Part shown: in pieces, positions 1-9,784 of the stretch
Layout of the letters: each line of letters starts with the position of its first letter
Numbering within the stretch: position 1 is the first letter of the stretch
Source of the DNA: Deltaproteobacteria bacterium
GTDB taxonomy: Bacteria; Myxococcota; B64-G9
Reading direction: 5' to 3'
DNA length: 64,000 nt
NCBI GenBank assembly: GCA_016935365.1
Contig: JAFGRB010000138.1
Location: 712 to 64,711, forward strand
Made by a program: the position numbers and the translations under genes
The notes under the pieces: generated by a model
What the model saw: only the letters and a program-made list of their open reading frames with translations
Told to the model about the DNA's origin: nothing
Databases searched by the model: none

Positions 1-336
1 GACGGACTCGACATCGGATTCGGTGACGACGAGCTCTCGGCTATTCTGTTCCTGCTGCTTGCAGCGGTCGTCGCGTTGGGCGCGGGGGTGTACGTGGTGG
101 TGATCGCGCCGGAGCTTCTGACCGAGCTGCTGCTCGACGCCGCGGTGAGCGCCGGGCTATACCGCCGCCTGCGGAAGACCCCGGGCGGGGACTGGTTCTC
201 GACGGCCTGGCGCCGCACGCGCATGCCCTTCCTCCTGGTGCTCGGGTTATTCACACTGGCCGGGCTGCTCGTGAAGTTCGCCTTTCCCGAGGCGCACAGC
301 CTGCGCGAGATCCTGCACAGCCTGGGCGGCGAGTGA
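1..336 (+). CDS. 3' part of a hypothetical membrane protein (truncated by window edge)
   Basis: Frame 1 open from base 1 to TGA at 334-336; hydrophobic segments (AILFLLLAAVVALGAGVYVVVIAP; FLLVLGLFTLAGLLV); GC-rich third positions. Confidence 0.7.
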   Translation, partial: DGLDIGFGDDELSAILFLLLAAVVALGAGVYVVVIAPELLTELLLDAAVSAGLYRRLRKTPGGDWFSTAWRRTRMPFLLVLGLFTLAGLLVKFAFPEAHSLREILHSLGGE

Positions 337-408
337 ATGACAAAAATACACAAAAACCACCCCAGGCCATCTGTCAGAAAGCTCGAAATCGCAAGAGGAG
401 GGTCAGAA

Positions 409-3400
409 CTAGTCTGCGGTTTTGCAGTCGTGATCCCGGGGGGGCGTTCTCAGCAATAGACCGTGCTGCCAGACCGCGGGCGTGCTCGCCCAGACCTGCT
501 TCAGCATCGAGCAGTAGCTGGACTCGAGCGCTGCCAGATCGATGCTCGCATGTCCACCCTGCTCGGACACGACGTGCAGGCGTCCTCGGTGAACCACCAT
601 CTGTTCGATCGATCCGTTCAGCCTCTGGCTGTAGATGTGACGACCCAGGCGATACGCCCAGATGTCCAGCTGACCGTCGGCGTGCCCGACGGCCATCAGA
701 CCGGCGGGTAGATCCAACAAGCTGGAAACGGATCGGTGGTGCACCGGCGAGAGCGAGAAGCCGGGCGGTAACCCGGACGCACGCCTGGGCAGGAGAGCGA
801 CGTGGCCGGATGCCTTTCCCTGGATGATCCACTCGGCGGTCGACAGGATCGCCGTCACGTCTTGCTCTGCAGGGTAGGCGGTTTTCTTCTTGCCGGTCGA
901 GTCGAATGAAGAGATTTCGCCCCCGGCGGCCACGAGCAGATCGCCGCCGTCCAGGCCGAGCGCGGATGACTCGACGAGCGCTTCCCAGCGCAGCTCGCAT
1001 TGCTGGTCGATGAGCTGGACCCTGCTCGGGCACCGGACGGCACAACCTGCGGGCGTCGCCTGGATCTCGAGCGCGTCCTCGATCTCGATCCGGCACAGAC
1101 TCCGATCGGAGACCAGGTCCCACGCCTCGATGAAGCGGTCTGGATTCAATGCCCACAGTCGCTGCCGGGTGCCGTGCTGGGAGACGACCAGCGCGTCCTC
1201 GGCGATCGCGGCTCGCCATTTTCGCTCTGAGCGCGCGGATCGGGGAGTGCCTTCCGTCAAAAACCAGCCGAGATGGGTGAAGAGCTCGGGTTCCGGGGCC
1301 TTCACGAGCACTCCGCGCCAAAATGGTCGTCCGGTGCTCGCTTCCCATGTCCGCACGACGCCGTGCTCGTCTGCGCTGATGACGAATCGACCATCGTCCG
1401 TGAATCGAAAGCTCTGGCCGCTCGCCTGGTGACCGCGTAGAAGACGCCGAGAGCCGGTCTGTAAGTCGTGGATCCATCCGTTTCCGTTCGCGCCGATGCC
1501 CCCGAGTCGCCCGCCATCGGGATCGAAGGTGATCACGAAGACAGGGTCGTCGCCGGGCAGTTCTTGCTCCAGCGCGCCGCGCTTCAGGTCCCATACGATG
1601 ACCTGGCCGTCCTGCCCTCCAGATGCGAGTCGCCGGCCATCCGGAGAAAACGCCAGGCAGTTGGCGACCGCGGAGGCGCCTCGCAGCGCCTTCCACGGCT
1701 CACCGCTTTCGGCGTGCCAGAGACGGATCGCCTTGTCCGAATCGCTTGCGGCCAGCAGTCGGCCATCCGGGCTGTACGCCACACCGAAGAACCGCTCGGC
1801 CTCTCCGCGAAGCGCGTGCAGTTGGATGCCGCTTTCCACGTCCCAGATTCGCACAGCACCGTCGAAGCCCGCGCTGGCGAGACGACGGCCTCGCGGCGAG
1901 AACGCTGACGAGTAGACCACCGAGTCGTGTCCGCTCAGCACCCTGCGCTCGGCGCCTGTCTGCATGTCCCAGATCCGAACCGTATGGTCGAAGCTCGTCG
2001 AGGAAAGCAGGCGCCCGTCCGGGCTCGGGGTGGTGCTCACGACGCTTCTCGTATGCCCGCGAAGCGAGTGGACCTCCTGACACGAGAAGACATCCAGGAT
2101 GCGGATGCTGTTGTTTGGACCGAGAGCGGGCAGATGGATGCCTGCAAAGCGCAGGGGCGAACTCATGCGGCTCGTGTCACTCAGGATCGAGATGCGCGGA
2201 GAGCCTTCCTTCAGGGACCAGAGATGCAAGACCCGGTCAGCGATCGTGGCGAGCAGGCTGCCGCTGGGATCGAAGGCGACACGGGTTGCTCCGTTCGCAT
2301 GCATCTCCATTTCCTGCCGGCCGGTCGCTACATCCCAGATGCGGATCGTGTCGTCATGGCCGCAGCTGGCCAGTCTACGGGCGTCCGGGCTGAAGGCGAG
2401 GTCGAAAACGATGCTCCGATGTCGCCGCCAGGTCCTTCTACCCACGCCGCTCGAATCAAACAGCCAGATCTCACCATCGCGTCCACCGGATGCGATCCAG
2501 CGCCCGTCGGCGCTGTACTGGAGGGCGGCGATGGATCCCGTCGGATCGCTCAGCACTCGCCCTGGCTGGTCGGTTTTCCATCTCAGGAGCCGGATGCTCC
2601 CATCGTCTCTGCCCAGGGCCATCTCTTCCCCGTCGGCGCTGAGCGCGAGAGCTCGGACAGCCGGCGAGCGGCCGGGCAGGACGCGACGCCGGGTCGCATC
2701 GCGCACATCCCAGATGAGGACGGATCCGTCAGAGCAGCGGGAAAACAGCGCGCTCGCGTCGGTGGAGAAGAGCAGATATTGCACCGGTGCAGGGTGTCCG
2801 CGGAGCGGGCTGAGCGAGCCGCTCTGGTTGTCGCGTAGCCATACTATGTCTCTCTTGTCCCACAGCACGTAGGCCACTTGCCTTTGATCCGCAGACAGGC
2901 ACCAGTCGAAGGTGCTTTTTTCTAGCGGACCGCCGGGAAAAGGAGTCGCTTGGAGAGAGGCGGAGCGTACATCGGCTCGATAGCTGCGCGAGAGGCTCCT
3001 TGCGACGACCGTGTCGCCGCGGGAGAAGTCCAGCTGTTCTAGCATCTCTCCGATGTCGACGCGCCAGCGCTCGGGCTCCTGGCCCAGTCGCCACCAGAGC
3101 GCGCGCCCGAAGCTGGAGTCCTGCACCTCGAGCGCACTTCTGAGCTTGGCCCGCGACTCGAGTAGTTCGTTTCGCAAATACGCCGACCAGGCTCCTTCGA
3201 GCTGAGACTCCGCCCAGCGAGCGCGAAGCTGGCGGCTCTGCTCTCGATAGGCGAGGGCAAAGAACGCCGCCACGGCGCCCGCCAGCGCCAGGACGAGGAT
3301 GGCCAGGCGCTTCCGCCGGGCCGATCGTCGCTGGCGCTTCAGGCCCGCCTCGAGGAACTCGGTGACAGGGCCGGATGGGCTGTTTGCGATGTGCTCGATC

Positions 3401-5634
3401 TTCTGGCGCGCCTGCCGCAGCGCATCCCCTTTCCAGACCTCGTCCGCCGGCCGCCCACGCTTGATCCACAGCTCGGCCGCCTGGCTGGCCTCGGCCAGGA
3501 ATGCCATCTCCTCACGGCTCTCGTCGATCCACTGCCTCAGCTGCCCCCAGTGATCGATCAACGCCTCGTGGACGAGCTCGATGGCCGACTCTGCTTCCTC
3601 GTCGCGGCCTTTCTTCTTGATCGAGATGAGCCGCGCCTCGACGAGGCGGTCCAGGACCTCGCCTGCACCTGCGGACAGGCCCGCGAGCGCCTCTCGCTTG
3701 GCGATCACCTTGCGTGTGCTCTCGGCTGTGACCAGGCGCAGTACTATTTCTCGGGCGAGTCGGAGCCGATCCCAGGAGAGACCCTCCAGTACGCTGTCCG
3801 CGTGATCGGCCAGAGCGCCTGCGACGCCTCCCATCTTTTCGTACGTGACGCGGAGAAGAAGGCGGCTTTGGGTGTCTCGCAAGCTCCACATGACCTGGAT
3901 GGCGAATTGAAGCAAGGGCAAGCAGGCCATCTCATTCTTGACCGAGGAGACCATCTCCCGTGGGATATCCGGATCCTCGAAAGCATAGCCGGCCAGCGCC
4001 AACGGCTTGGTCAAGGTGCCCTCGAGAAGATCAGGGGAGGGGCTGCGCATCACGAAGACCCGGCTCAGGGCATGCCTCGCCTCGGGGCTCAGGGCCAGGC
4101 GAACCAGGAAGTCGTCCCGGAGGGTGAGGACGACGCGGACCGGGCCGAAGGGGTCGTCCGCCGCCGAGCAGAGCGCCTGCATGAATGACGCACGCAACGA
4201 CTCTTCCTGGACCAGCGTATGGAGCTCCTCGAGCTGATCCACGACGAGCAGGACCTTTGCATGCTCTCTCCGGGCCAGATCCTGTAGCTCGAGCGAGAGC
4301 GTGCCGGGCTGTCGAGAGAGCGATTTGGCCAGCTCGTCTTCTCTCGGTCTTCCCGGAGAAGGCGGGCTCGATGGAGCTGCGCGTTCGAATCGTCCGGAGA
4401 GAACGGGCGAGGGCACGGTGGACTTTTCCGTCTCCTCTTCGACCGCGCTCTTCTCTGCGCGGAAAGCCAGGCTGCTGCTCTGGCTATCTCCGGCCAGCAA
4501 GCGGGAGGCCAGGTTCTGAAAGGGCTTGGAGCCCGGGCGCATGGAGAGCACGATCCAGGTGCCCTGTTCTCGCAAACGTGGGATGACACCTGCATGGATG
4601 AAAGAGCTCTTGCCCGATCCGGACGGCCCGACGATGGACCCGATGGCCTCGTGCCGCATCCACTCCAAAAAGGCATCGATCTCCGTCTCGCGACCGAAGT
4701 AGAACTCGGCGTGCCGTTCGCTGAAAGGAAGAAGCCCTCGAAACGGTCTTGGATCTACCTGGTCGCGGATGCTTCGTCTCGACAGCATGCTCTCCAGCTC
4801 TTCCGCCAGCCTGGCGGCGCTCGGTCGCATCGCGGCATCCTTGAGCAGACAGCCATCGATCAACGAAGCCAGATCTCTCGGCAACTCGGCGTAGGCGGCG
4901 ACTGGGGGGACCGGGTCGGGGGAGTTGATCGCCCGGGCATACGATTGCGCGTCGCGCTCCCTGTACGGCCTTCGACCTGTCACCATCGCATAGAGAATGA
5001 TGCCCAGCGCCCACACGTCGGTGGCACCACTGCCCTCTTCCCCCCGCCAGCGCTCGGGCGCCATGTAGGGCGGCGTGCCCATGACCCGGGGCCCCGAGTC
5101 GGAGTCCCGAGCGGGCTCTTCCGCGTTCAAGTCCAATGCCTTGGCCAGCCCGAAGTCCACGACGAGCAGGCGGCCGTTCCTGTCGACCAAGATGTTCTCG
5201 GGCTTGAGATCTCGGTGGAGCACTTTGTGGCGGTGTGCCTCGGCCAGCGCGCTGGCGATGGCATGACCGACACGGATCGACTCGCGAACGCCGAGGCGCT
5301 CTTGCCGCATTCTCTGCCCGAGGGTTTGGCCTTCCAGGTACTCCAGGACGAGATACGGTCGCCCGCGGTGCTCTCCGGACGAGAACACGGTGACGATGTG
5401 GGGATGGCTGAATCGAGCCGTGGTCCGGGCCTCGATCAGGAAACGCTCGATCGCCTCGCGATCTCCAAGCGCCTCGGGATCGACCACCTTGAGGGCCACC
5501 CGCCGACCCAGGCCCGTGTCGCGTGCGAGGTAGACTTCTCCCATGCCGCCTCGTCCCAAGAGGCGGTGGATCTGGAACTGATCGACTTGCTCGCCTTCCG
5601 CGAGGAACTCGACTCGCTCAGATCGCTTGGTCAA
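409..5634 (-). CDS. Ser/Thr protein kinase - nSTAND1-type P-loop NTPase - TM helix - WD40 repeat protein
   Basis: Kinase motifs GRGGMGEVY, VALK, HRDLKPEN, DFG, GTPPYMAPE; STAND motifs PFRGLLPF..FYFGRE, Walker A GPSGSGKSS, Walker B LLVVDQLEEL, LPLLQF, ELVHEAL; TM LAILVLALAGAVAAFFALAY; many GH..V..AFSPDG..LAS..D..IWD repeats. Confidence 0.93.
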   Translation of the reverse strand: MTKRSERVEFLAEGEQVDQFQIHRLLGRGGMGEVYLARDTGLGRRVALKVVDPEALGDREAIERFLIEARTTARFSHPHIVTVFSSGEHRGRPYLVLEYLEGQTLGQRMRQERLGVRESIRVGHAIASALAEAHRHKVLHRDLKPENILVDRNGRLLVVDFGLAKALDLNAEEPARDSDSGPRVMGTPPYMAPERWRGEEGSGATDVWALGIILYAMVTGRRPYRERDAQSYARAINSPDPVPPVAAYAELPRDLASLIDGCLLKDAAMRPSAARLAEELESMLSRRSIRDQVDPRPFRGLLPFSERHAEFYFGRETEIDAFLEWMRHEAIGSIVGPSGSGKSSFIHAGVIPRLREQGTWIVLSMRPGSKPFQNLASRLLAGDSQSSSLAFRAEKSAVEEETEKSTVPSPVLSGRFERAAPSSPPSPGRPREDELAKSLSRQPGTLSLELQDLARREHAKVLLVVDQLEELHTLVQEESLRASFMQALCSAADDPFGPVRVVLTLRDDFLVRLALSPEARHALSRVFVMRSPSPDLLEGTLTKPLALAGYAFEDPDIPREMVSSVKNEMACLPLLQFAIQVMWSLRDTQSRLLLRVTYEKMGGVAGALADHADSVLEGLSWDRLRLAREIVLRLVTAESTRKVIAKREALAGLSAGAGEVLDRLVEARLISIKKKGRDEEAESAIELVHEALIDHWGQLRQWIDESREEMAFLAEASQAAELWIKRGRPADEVWKGDALRQARQKIEHIANSPSGPVTEFLEAGLKRQRRSARRKRLAILVLALAGAVAAFFALAYREQSRQLRARWAESQLEGAWSAYLRNELLESRAKLRSALEVQDSSFGRALWWRLGQEPERWRVDIGEMLEQLDFSRGDTVVARSLSRSYRADVRSASLQATPFPGGPLEKSTFDWCLSADQRQVAYVLWDKRDIVWLRDNQSGSLSPLRGHPAPVQYLLFSTDASALFSRCSDGSVLIWDVRDATRRRVLPGRSPAVRALALSADGEEMALGRDDGSIRLLRWKTDQPGRVLSDPTGSIAALQYSADGRWIASGGRDGEIWLFDSSGVGRRTWRRHRSIVFDLAFSPDARRLASCGHDDTIRIWDVATGRQEMEMHANGATRVAFDPSGSLLATIADRVLHLWSLKEGSPRISILSDTSRMSSPLRFAGIHLPALGPNNSIRILDVFSCQEVHSLRGHTRSVVSTTPSPDGRLLSSTSFDHTVRIWDMQTGAERRVLSGHDSVVYSSAFSPRGRRLASAGFDGAVRIWDVESGIQLHALRGEAERFFGVAYSPDGRLLAASDSDKAIRLWHAESGEPWKALRGASAVANCLAFSPDGRRLASGGQDGQVIVWDLKRGALEQELPGDDPVFVITFDPDGGRLGGIGANGNGWIHDLQTGSRRLLRGHQASGQSFRFTDDGRFVISADEHGVVRTWEASTGRPFWRGVLVKAPEPELFTHLGWFLTEGTPRSARSERKWRAAIAEDALVVSQHGTRQRLWALNPDRFIEAWDLVSDRSLCRIEIEDALEIQATPAGCAVRCPSRVQLIDQQCELRWEALVESSALGLDGGDLLVAAGGEISSFDSTGKKKTAYPAEQDVTAILSTAEWIIQGKASGHVALLPRRASGLPPGFSLSPVHHRSVSSLLDLPAGLMAVGHADGQLDIWAYRLGRHIYSQRLNGSIEQMVVHRGRLHVVSEQGGHASIDLAALESSYCSMLKQVWASTPAVWQHGLLLRTPPRDHDCKTAD

Positions 5635-5680
5635 TGACTACCTCGGTGGCTCAGGAGACGGTCTTTCGCACCCGAGGGCC

Positions 5681-7126
5681 TCACAGCCGGGCGGTGAAGC
5701 TGCCGGCCAGGATGTGGCTGCGGGTGGTGTAGGTCCCGTTTGCCGCGCCTTCGGGGTTGAGCTCGTCGCCCACCCCGACCTGGTTGTCCTTGCGGGCCTC
5801 CCAGAGCGCCAGCATGTAGCCGATGTCGAAACGCCACCACGAGCCGCGGTAGCCGGTGCCGAAGGCGACGAGCTGGCGCTGGCCGTCGGGCAGCGACGGG
5901 TCGAGCGTCTCGGCGGGCATCGGCGAGGACACGGTCCCGTAGCCCAGCCGCAGCGGCAGGCAATCGAACAGGACGTACTCGGCGCCGATGGAGAGCTGCC
6001 AGCTCTCGTGCCAGCGCTTGTCGATCGGGGCGGCCGCGTCCGCCAGGCCGGGGCAGCTCCCCTGCTGGCTGCACAGGAAGCGCAGGGCGAGCTCGTCGTA
6101 GCTCTGGAAGAAGGCCACGTAGAAGTCGACCGCCACCGTGAGCGACTCGACGCCGGTCCAGGCGAGGCCCATGTTCATGTGCAGCGGGAGATCGATCGTC
6201 ACCTTGCCGCGGGTCGTGTCGGGGAAGGTGATCTGGCTGTCCAGCAGCGAGCGGGCCTTCGCGCCGGCCGGGTTGAAGGAAAAGCGCGCCTCGCCCTCGA
6301 AGGGCATGCGGATCGCTCCGCGCTCGGCGAAGCCGCCGCGGACCGACAGCCCGAAGGCGAGCTGACCGGGCCAGGCGGCGTGCAGCGCCAGGTTCCAGCC
6401 GTGGCTCGTGGCCGAGCCGTCCATGACCATCTCACCCCAGGAATCCTGGATCTCGCCCCGCGAGAGCAGCTCGGCGGCCCGCAGGTCGAGCCGCTTGGCC
6501 AGGTGGGCGGTGCCGTAGACGAAGGTGTAGCCGGCCGCGAGCGACAGCTCGAGCGTCTCGCGAAGGCCGAGCAGGCGGGCCAGGTCCACGGCGACGACCG
6601 GGTTGTTGAAGAAGGTCTGGATCTCGATCTCGTTGGAGATGAAGCGCCCGTCCCACTCGCCCGGCCAGTACGTGCCGAGCCCGAAGGGGTTGTTGAGCCC
6701 GTAGCCGATGGCGATGCCCCAGTCCGAGAGATTGTAGGTCGCGTAGAGGTGGATCGGGTTGAAGCCCTTGAGCTTGGCGTCGGTGGAGTGCTCGCCGTCG
6801 TTGACCGGCTCGAGGCCGCAGTGACCCTCGGGGGTGCAGGTCAGGTAGGTCCGGTCCGATTCCCCGGCCGCCTCATAGGAGATGTAGGGCAGGATGCCCG
6901 TCACGCCGAGCTGGAGCTGCAGGCCCTCGAGCCGCGAGATCACGGCCGGGTTGAAATAGACCGCGCTCGGATCCTCGGCCGTGGACGCGCTGGCGCCGGC
7001 CATGCCGGTGACGGATGCGTTGTGCTCGTAGAGCAAGAAACCGCCCGCACGCACGCGGGAGGCGGCGAGCAGCGCAAAGAGGAAGGAGAGGCAGCACACG
7101 ATGCGACCCGCCGGCTTCACGCGCAT
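5681..7126 (-). CDS. FadL/OmpP1-family outer membrane beta-barrel (copy 1)
   Basis: Signal peptide then GGFLLYEHNAS hatch start, NPA motif, PFGLGTYW, PSLPDGQR; ATG at 7126 preceded by GGAGG (the track's longer start at 7156 is less likely). Confidence 0.88.
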   Translation of the reverse strand: MRVKPAGRIVCCLSFLFALLAASRVRAGGFLLYEHNASVTGMAGASASTAEDPSAVYFNPAVISRLEGLQLQLGVTGILPYISYEAAGESDRTYLTCTPEGHCGLEPVNDGEHSTDAKLKGFNPIHLYATYNLSDWGIAIGYGLNNPFGLGTYWPGEWDGRFISNEIEIQTFFNNPVVAVDLARLLGLRETLELSLAAGYTFVYGTAHLAKRLDLRAAELLSRGEIQDSWGEMVMDGSATSHGWNLALHAAWPGQLAFGLSVRGGFAERGAIRMPFEGEARFSFNPAGAKARSLLDSQITFPDTTRGKVTIDLPLHMNMGLAWTGVESLTVAVDFYVAFFQSYDELALRFLCSQQGSCPGLADAAAPIDKRWHESWQLSIGAEYVLFDCLPLRLGYGTVSSPMPAETLDPSLPDGQRQLVAFGTGYRGSWWRFDIGYMLALWEARKDNQVGVGDELNPEGAANGTYTTRSHILAGSFTARL

Positions 7127-7147
7127 GACAGACCTCCAAGGAATGCC

Positions 7148-7175
7148 AGCATACACCCCCGGAGTGCATATGCAA
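7148..7175 (-). promoter_or_regulatory. Possible sigma70-type promoter for FadL copy 1 (and perhaps the kinase gene)
   Basis: Minus strand TTGCAT-N16-TATGCT upstream of the GGAGG RBS; overlaps the palindrome TGCATATGCA (7165-7174). Confidence 0.35.
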
Positions 7176-7208
7176 CACGGAAAGCCGCCCGCGTCGGATG
7201 TCTGATGC

Positions 7209-8243
7209 CTAGTCCTCGGCCCGGATGATGCACATGTAGACCAGACCGGCCACGCTCATCGCCTTGTAGAGATCGTCGGGGAAGGTCTCGCCTTGGGCCT
7301 CGGCCGTCAGGGTCTGGATGTTGAACGGGCCGGGGATGATGTACATGCCGGTTACCGTGGTGGAGCTGGCGGTCATGTCGAACGAGGCGTCCGGGTAGAA
7401 GATCGGGTCGATGGGAGTGCCGTCTGCCTGGGTCACCTCTGCGCCCTGGATCGGCGCGCCCTCAGCGTCCACCACGAAGCCCAAGACCAGCCCCTCTTCC
7501 GAGTCGATGTCGGGGTGCGCATCGAGGTTGTCCACCAGCACTCCGGGCACGGCCCAGACCGGGGGCGTCTGGTCGATGCACAGCTTGTCGGATGCCCCGC
7601 CGTAGGCGGCCACGCCGGTCGCGGTCGGGAAGTAGCTGTCACCGGCGTCGTCGGCCACCAGCACCAAGCCAATGTGGGCGTCCGAGACGTCGAAGCAGTC
7701 GAAGTGGAAGCTTCCGAGCGCGTCCGAGCGGGTCTCGGCCAGCGGCGCGCCGTTGCCGACTATCACGTCCAATTGGCTCCACGCGGCCAGATCGATCGCG
7801 ATCGGGGTGCGCACGAGGTCGGTCACCGCGCCTGAGACCTCGATGAAGCCCGCCTGTCCGGCGCAGCACTCCGGTCGGCAGGTGCCGGTCCCGTCGTCTT
7901 CGTAGCCGGGATCACAGGTACAGATCACCAGACCGTATATGTCGGACAAGCACCAGGTCTTGTGCGCCTCGGTGCACGGGTTCGGGTCGCAGGGATCCTG
8001 GGCGCAGAAGTCCATCAGGCAGATCTCGCCAGCAGCGCAGCACAGCTCGCCGCAGGCGACGTGATCGCAGGCGCACTGGCCGTCCTCGCAGGTCGCGTTT
8101 TCGCCGCACGTCCCACAGGGCTCGCCGCAGATCGGATCCGGGCCGCACTCGCGACCGCTGCAGTCCGGCTCGCAGGTGTCGCCGGAGCAGGCGGCCATGA
8201 ACACGGCGAGCACCGCAGCGAGGGAAAGACACGAGGCTCTCAT
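7209..8243 (-). CDS. Cys-rich lipoprotein with EGF-like N-terminal repeats and carboxypeptidase-regulatory-like C-terminal region (copy 1)
   Basis: Lipobox FMAAC; CEPDCSGRECGPDPICGEPCGTC and EGF-like CDPNPC..CTCDPGY; C-terminal ~230 aa clearly paralogous to 9785-10636 (TPPVWAVP, GFVVDA.G.PI.GA.VT, GMYIIPGPFNIQTLTA). Confidence 0.85.
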   Translation of the reverse strand: MRASCLSLAAVLAVFMAACSGDTCEPDCSGRECGPDPICGEPCGTCGENATCEDGQCACDHVACGELCCAAGEICLMDFCAQDPCDPNPCTEAHKTWCLSDIYGLVICTCDPGYEDDGTGTCRPECCAGQAGFIEVSGAVTDLVRTPIAIDLAAWSQLDVIVGNGAPLAETRSDALGSFHFDCFDVSDAHIGLVLVADDAGDSYFPTATGVAAYGGASDKLCIDQTPPVWAVPGVLVDNLDAHPDIDSEEGLVLGFVVDAEGAPIQGAEVTQADGTPIDPIFYPDASFDMTASSTTVTGMYIIPGPFNIQTLTAEAQGETFPDDLYKAMSVAGLVYMCIIRAED

Positions 8244-8289
8244 TGCCCACCTCCTTCGTGGTTGCTGCGTCTCGCGATGTGGCAGGGCG

Positions 8290-9699
8290 TCAGATGGCCG
8301 CGGTGAAGGTCAGGGCCAGCAGGTGGGCCTGGGTCGTGTAGGTGCCGTTGGCCATGCCCTCGGGGTTGAGCGCATCGCCGATGCCGACCTCGTTGTCTTT
8401 CTCGCCCTGCCAGAGCGCCAGCATGTAGCCGATGTCCAGCTTCCACCAGCTGCCGTGGTAGCCGGTGCCCAGGCAGATCAGATCGCGGCGGCCGTCCGGG
8501 AGCGAGGGGTCGTAGGTCTCCGAGGGCACGGGCGTGGTGACCATGCCGTAGCCGACCCGGAGCGGCAAGAAGTCGAAGAGCATGTACTCGGCGCCCAGCG
8601 AGAGCTGCCAGCACGAGTGCCAGTTCTTCTCGATGGTCGTGTCGAGCGCGCTGCTGCAGGAGCCGTCCGCGACGCAGTCGAAGGCCATGTGGAGCTGGTC
8701 GTAGCTCGAGAAGAAGACCATGTAGAAGTCGAGGGCGATCTTGAGGTTCTCGACGCCCAGGTACGCCACGCCCGTGTTGAAGTGGTAGGGCAGGTCGATG
8801 GTCACCGCGCCGGTGGTCGCATCCGGAAAGACCGTGCCCGCGGCGGCCAGGAAGTCCCTGGCCGCCTGGCCGCTCTCGGTGGGGAAGATGAACTTGGCCG
8901 TGCCCTCGAAGGGCATGCTCACGCCGCTTCGCATCGAGAAGCCGAAAGAGACCAGGTCCGGCCACTCGGCGTAGAGGGCGGCGTTGAAGCCGTGGCCGAT
9001 GGCGTCCCCGGTCATGCGCATCTCGCCCCAGGGATCGACGATCTGGCCGCCGCTCAGCGCCTCGGCCACCCGGAGGTCGATGCGCTTCGAGAGCCGCGCC
9101 GTGCCGTAGACGAACATGTAACCGAGCGCCACCGAGAGCTTGAAGTGCTCCTTGAAGCCGAATAGCTTGGCCAGGTCCACGGCCACGACCGGGTTGTTGT
9201 AGAAAGTCTGGATCTCGGTCTCGGTGCCGATGAAGCGCCCGTCCCACTCGCCCGGCCAGTAGGTCCCCAGCCCGAAGGGGTTGTTGAGCCCGTAGCCGAA
9301 CGAAAGCCCGTAGTCAGACAGGCTGTAGGTGGCGTAGATGTGGATCGGGTTGAAGAACTTGATCTTGGCGTCGATGGAGTTCATCCCGTCGTTGATGGGC
9401 TTCTCCACCAGGCCGTCTGTGCCCATGTATTGGTAGACGCGGTCGCTCTGACCGGCCGCATCGTAGTGGACGTAGGGCAGGATGCCGGTCACGCCGAGCT
9501 GGAGCTGCAGGCCCTCGAGCTCGGTGATGGCCGCCGGGTTGTAGTAGACCGAGCTGGGATCGCCGGCCAGGCCGGTGCGCGCGTCGGCCATGCCCGTGGC
9601 ACTGGCGTTGTGCTCGTACAGCAGAAAGCCGCCGGCCATCGCCGCCGGAGCGGAAAGCAGCACCAGGGCGACGGTGGCGAAAGCGATGGTCCGTCTCAT
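8290..9699 (-). CDS. FadL/OmpP1-family outer membrane beta-barrel (copy 2)
   Basis: Signal peptide, GGFLLYEHNAS, YYNPA, long identical blocks with copy 1 (GYGLNNPFGLGTYWPGEWDGRFI, DIGYMLALW); AAGGAG RBS. Confidence 0.9.
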   Translation of the reverse strand: MRRTIAFATVALVLLSAPAAMAGGFLLYEHNASATGMADARTGLAGDPSSVYYNPAAITELEGLQLQLGVTGILPYVHYDAAGQSDRVYQYMGTDGLVEKPINDGMNSIDAKIKFFNPIHIYATYSLSDYGLSFGYGLNNPFGLGTYWPGEWDGRFIGTETEIQTFYNNPVVAVDLAKLFGFKEHFKLSVALGYMFVYGTARLSKRIDLRVAEALSGGQIVDPWGEMRMTGDAIGHGFNAALYAEWPDLVSFGFSMRSGVSMPFEGTAKFIFPTESGQAARDFLAAAGTVFPDATTGAVTIDLPYHFNTGVAYLGVENLKIALDFYMVFFSSYDQLHMAFDCVADGSCSSALDTTIEKNWHSCWQLSLGAEYMLFDFLPLRVGYGMVTTPVPSETYDPSLPDGRRDLICLGTGYHGSWWKLDIGYMLALWQGEKDNEVGIGDALNPEGMANGTYTTQAHLLALTFTAAI

Positions 9700-9730
9700 G
9701 CGAGTCTCCTTGGCCGCCGGGCAGCCGGTG

Positions 9731-9767
9731 GAAAAAAGGCGCGGGGCTGTGTATGCAGCCCCGCGCC
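9731..9767 (-). terminator. Intrinsic terminator between lipoprotein copy 2 and FadL copy 2
   Basis: Minus strand GGCGCGGGGCTG-CATACA-CAGCCCCGCGCC-TTTTTT: perfect 12-bp stem plus 6 U. Confidence 0.8.
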
Positions 9768-9784
9768 CGGGAAAGCTGTCCAGA

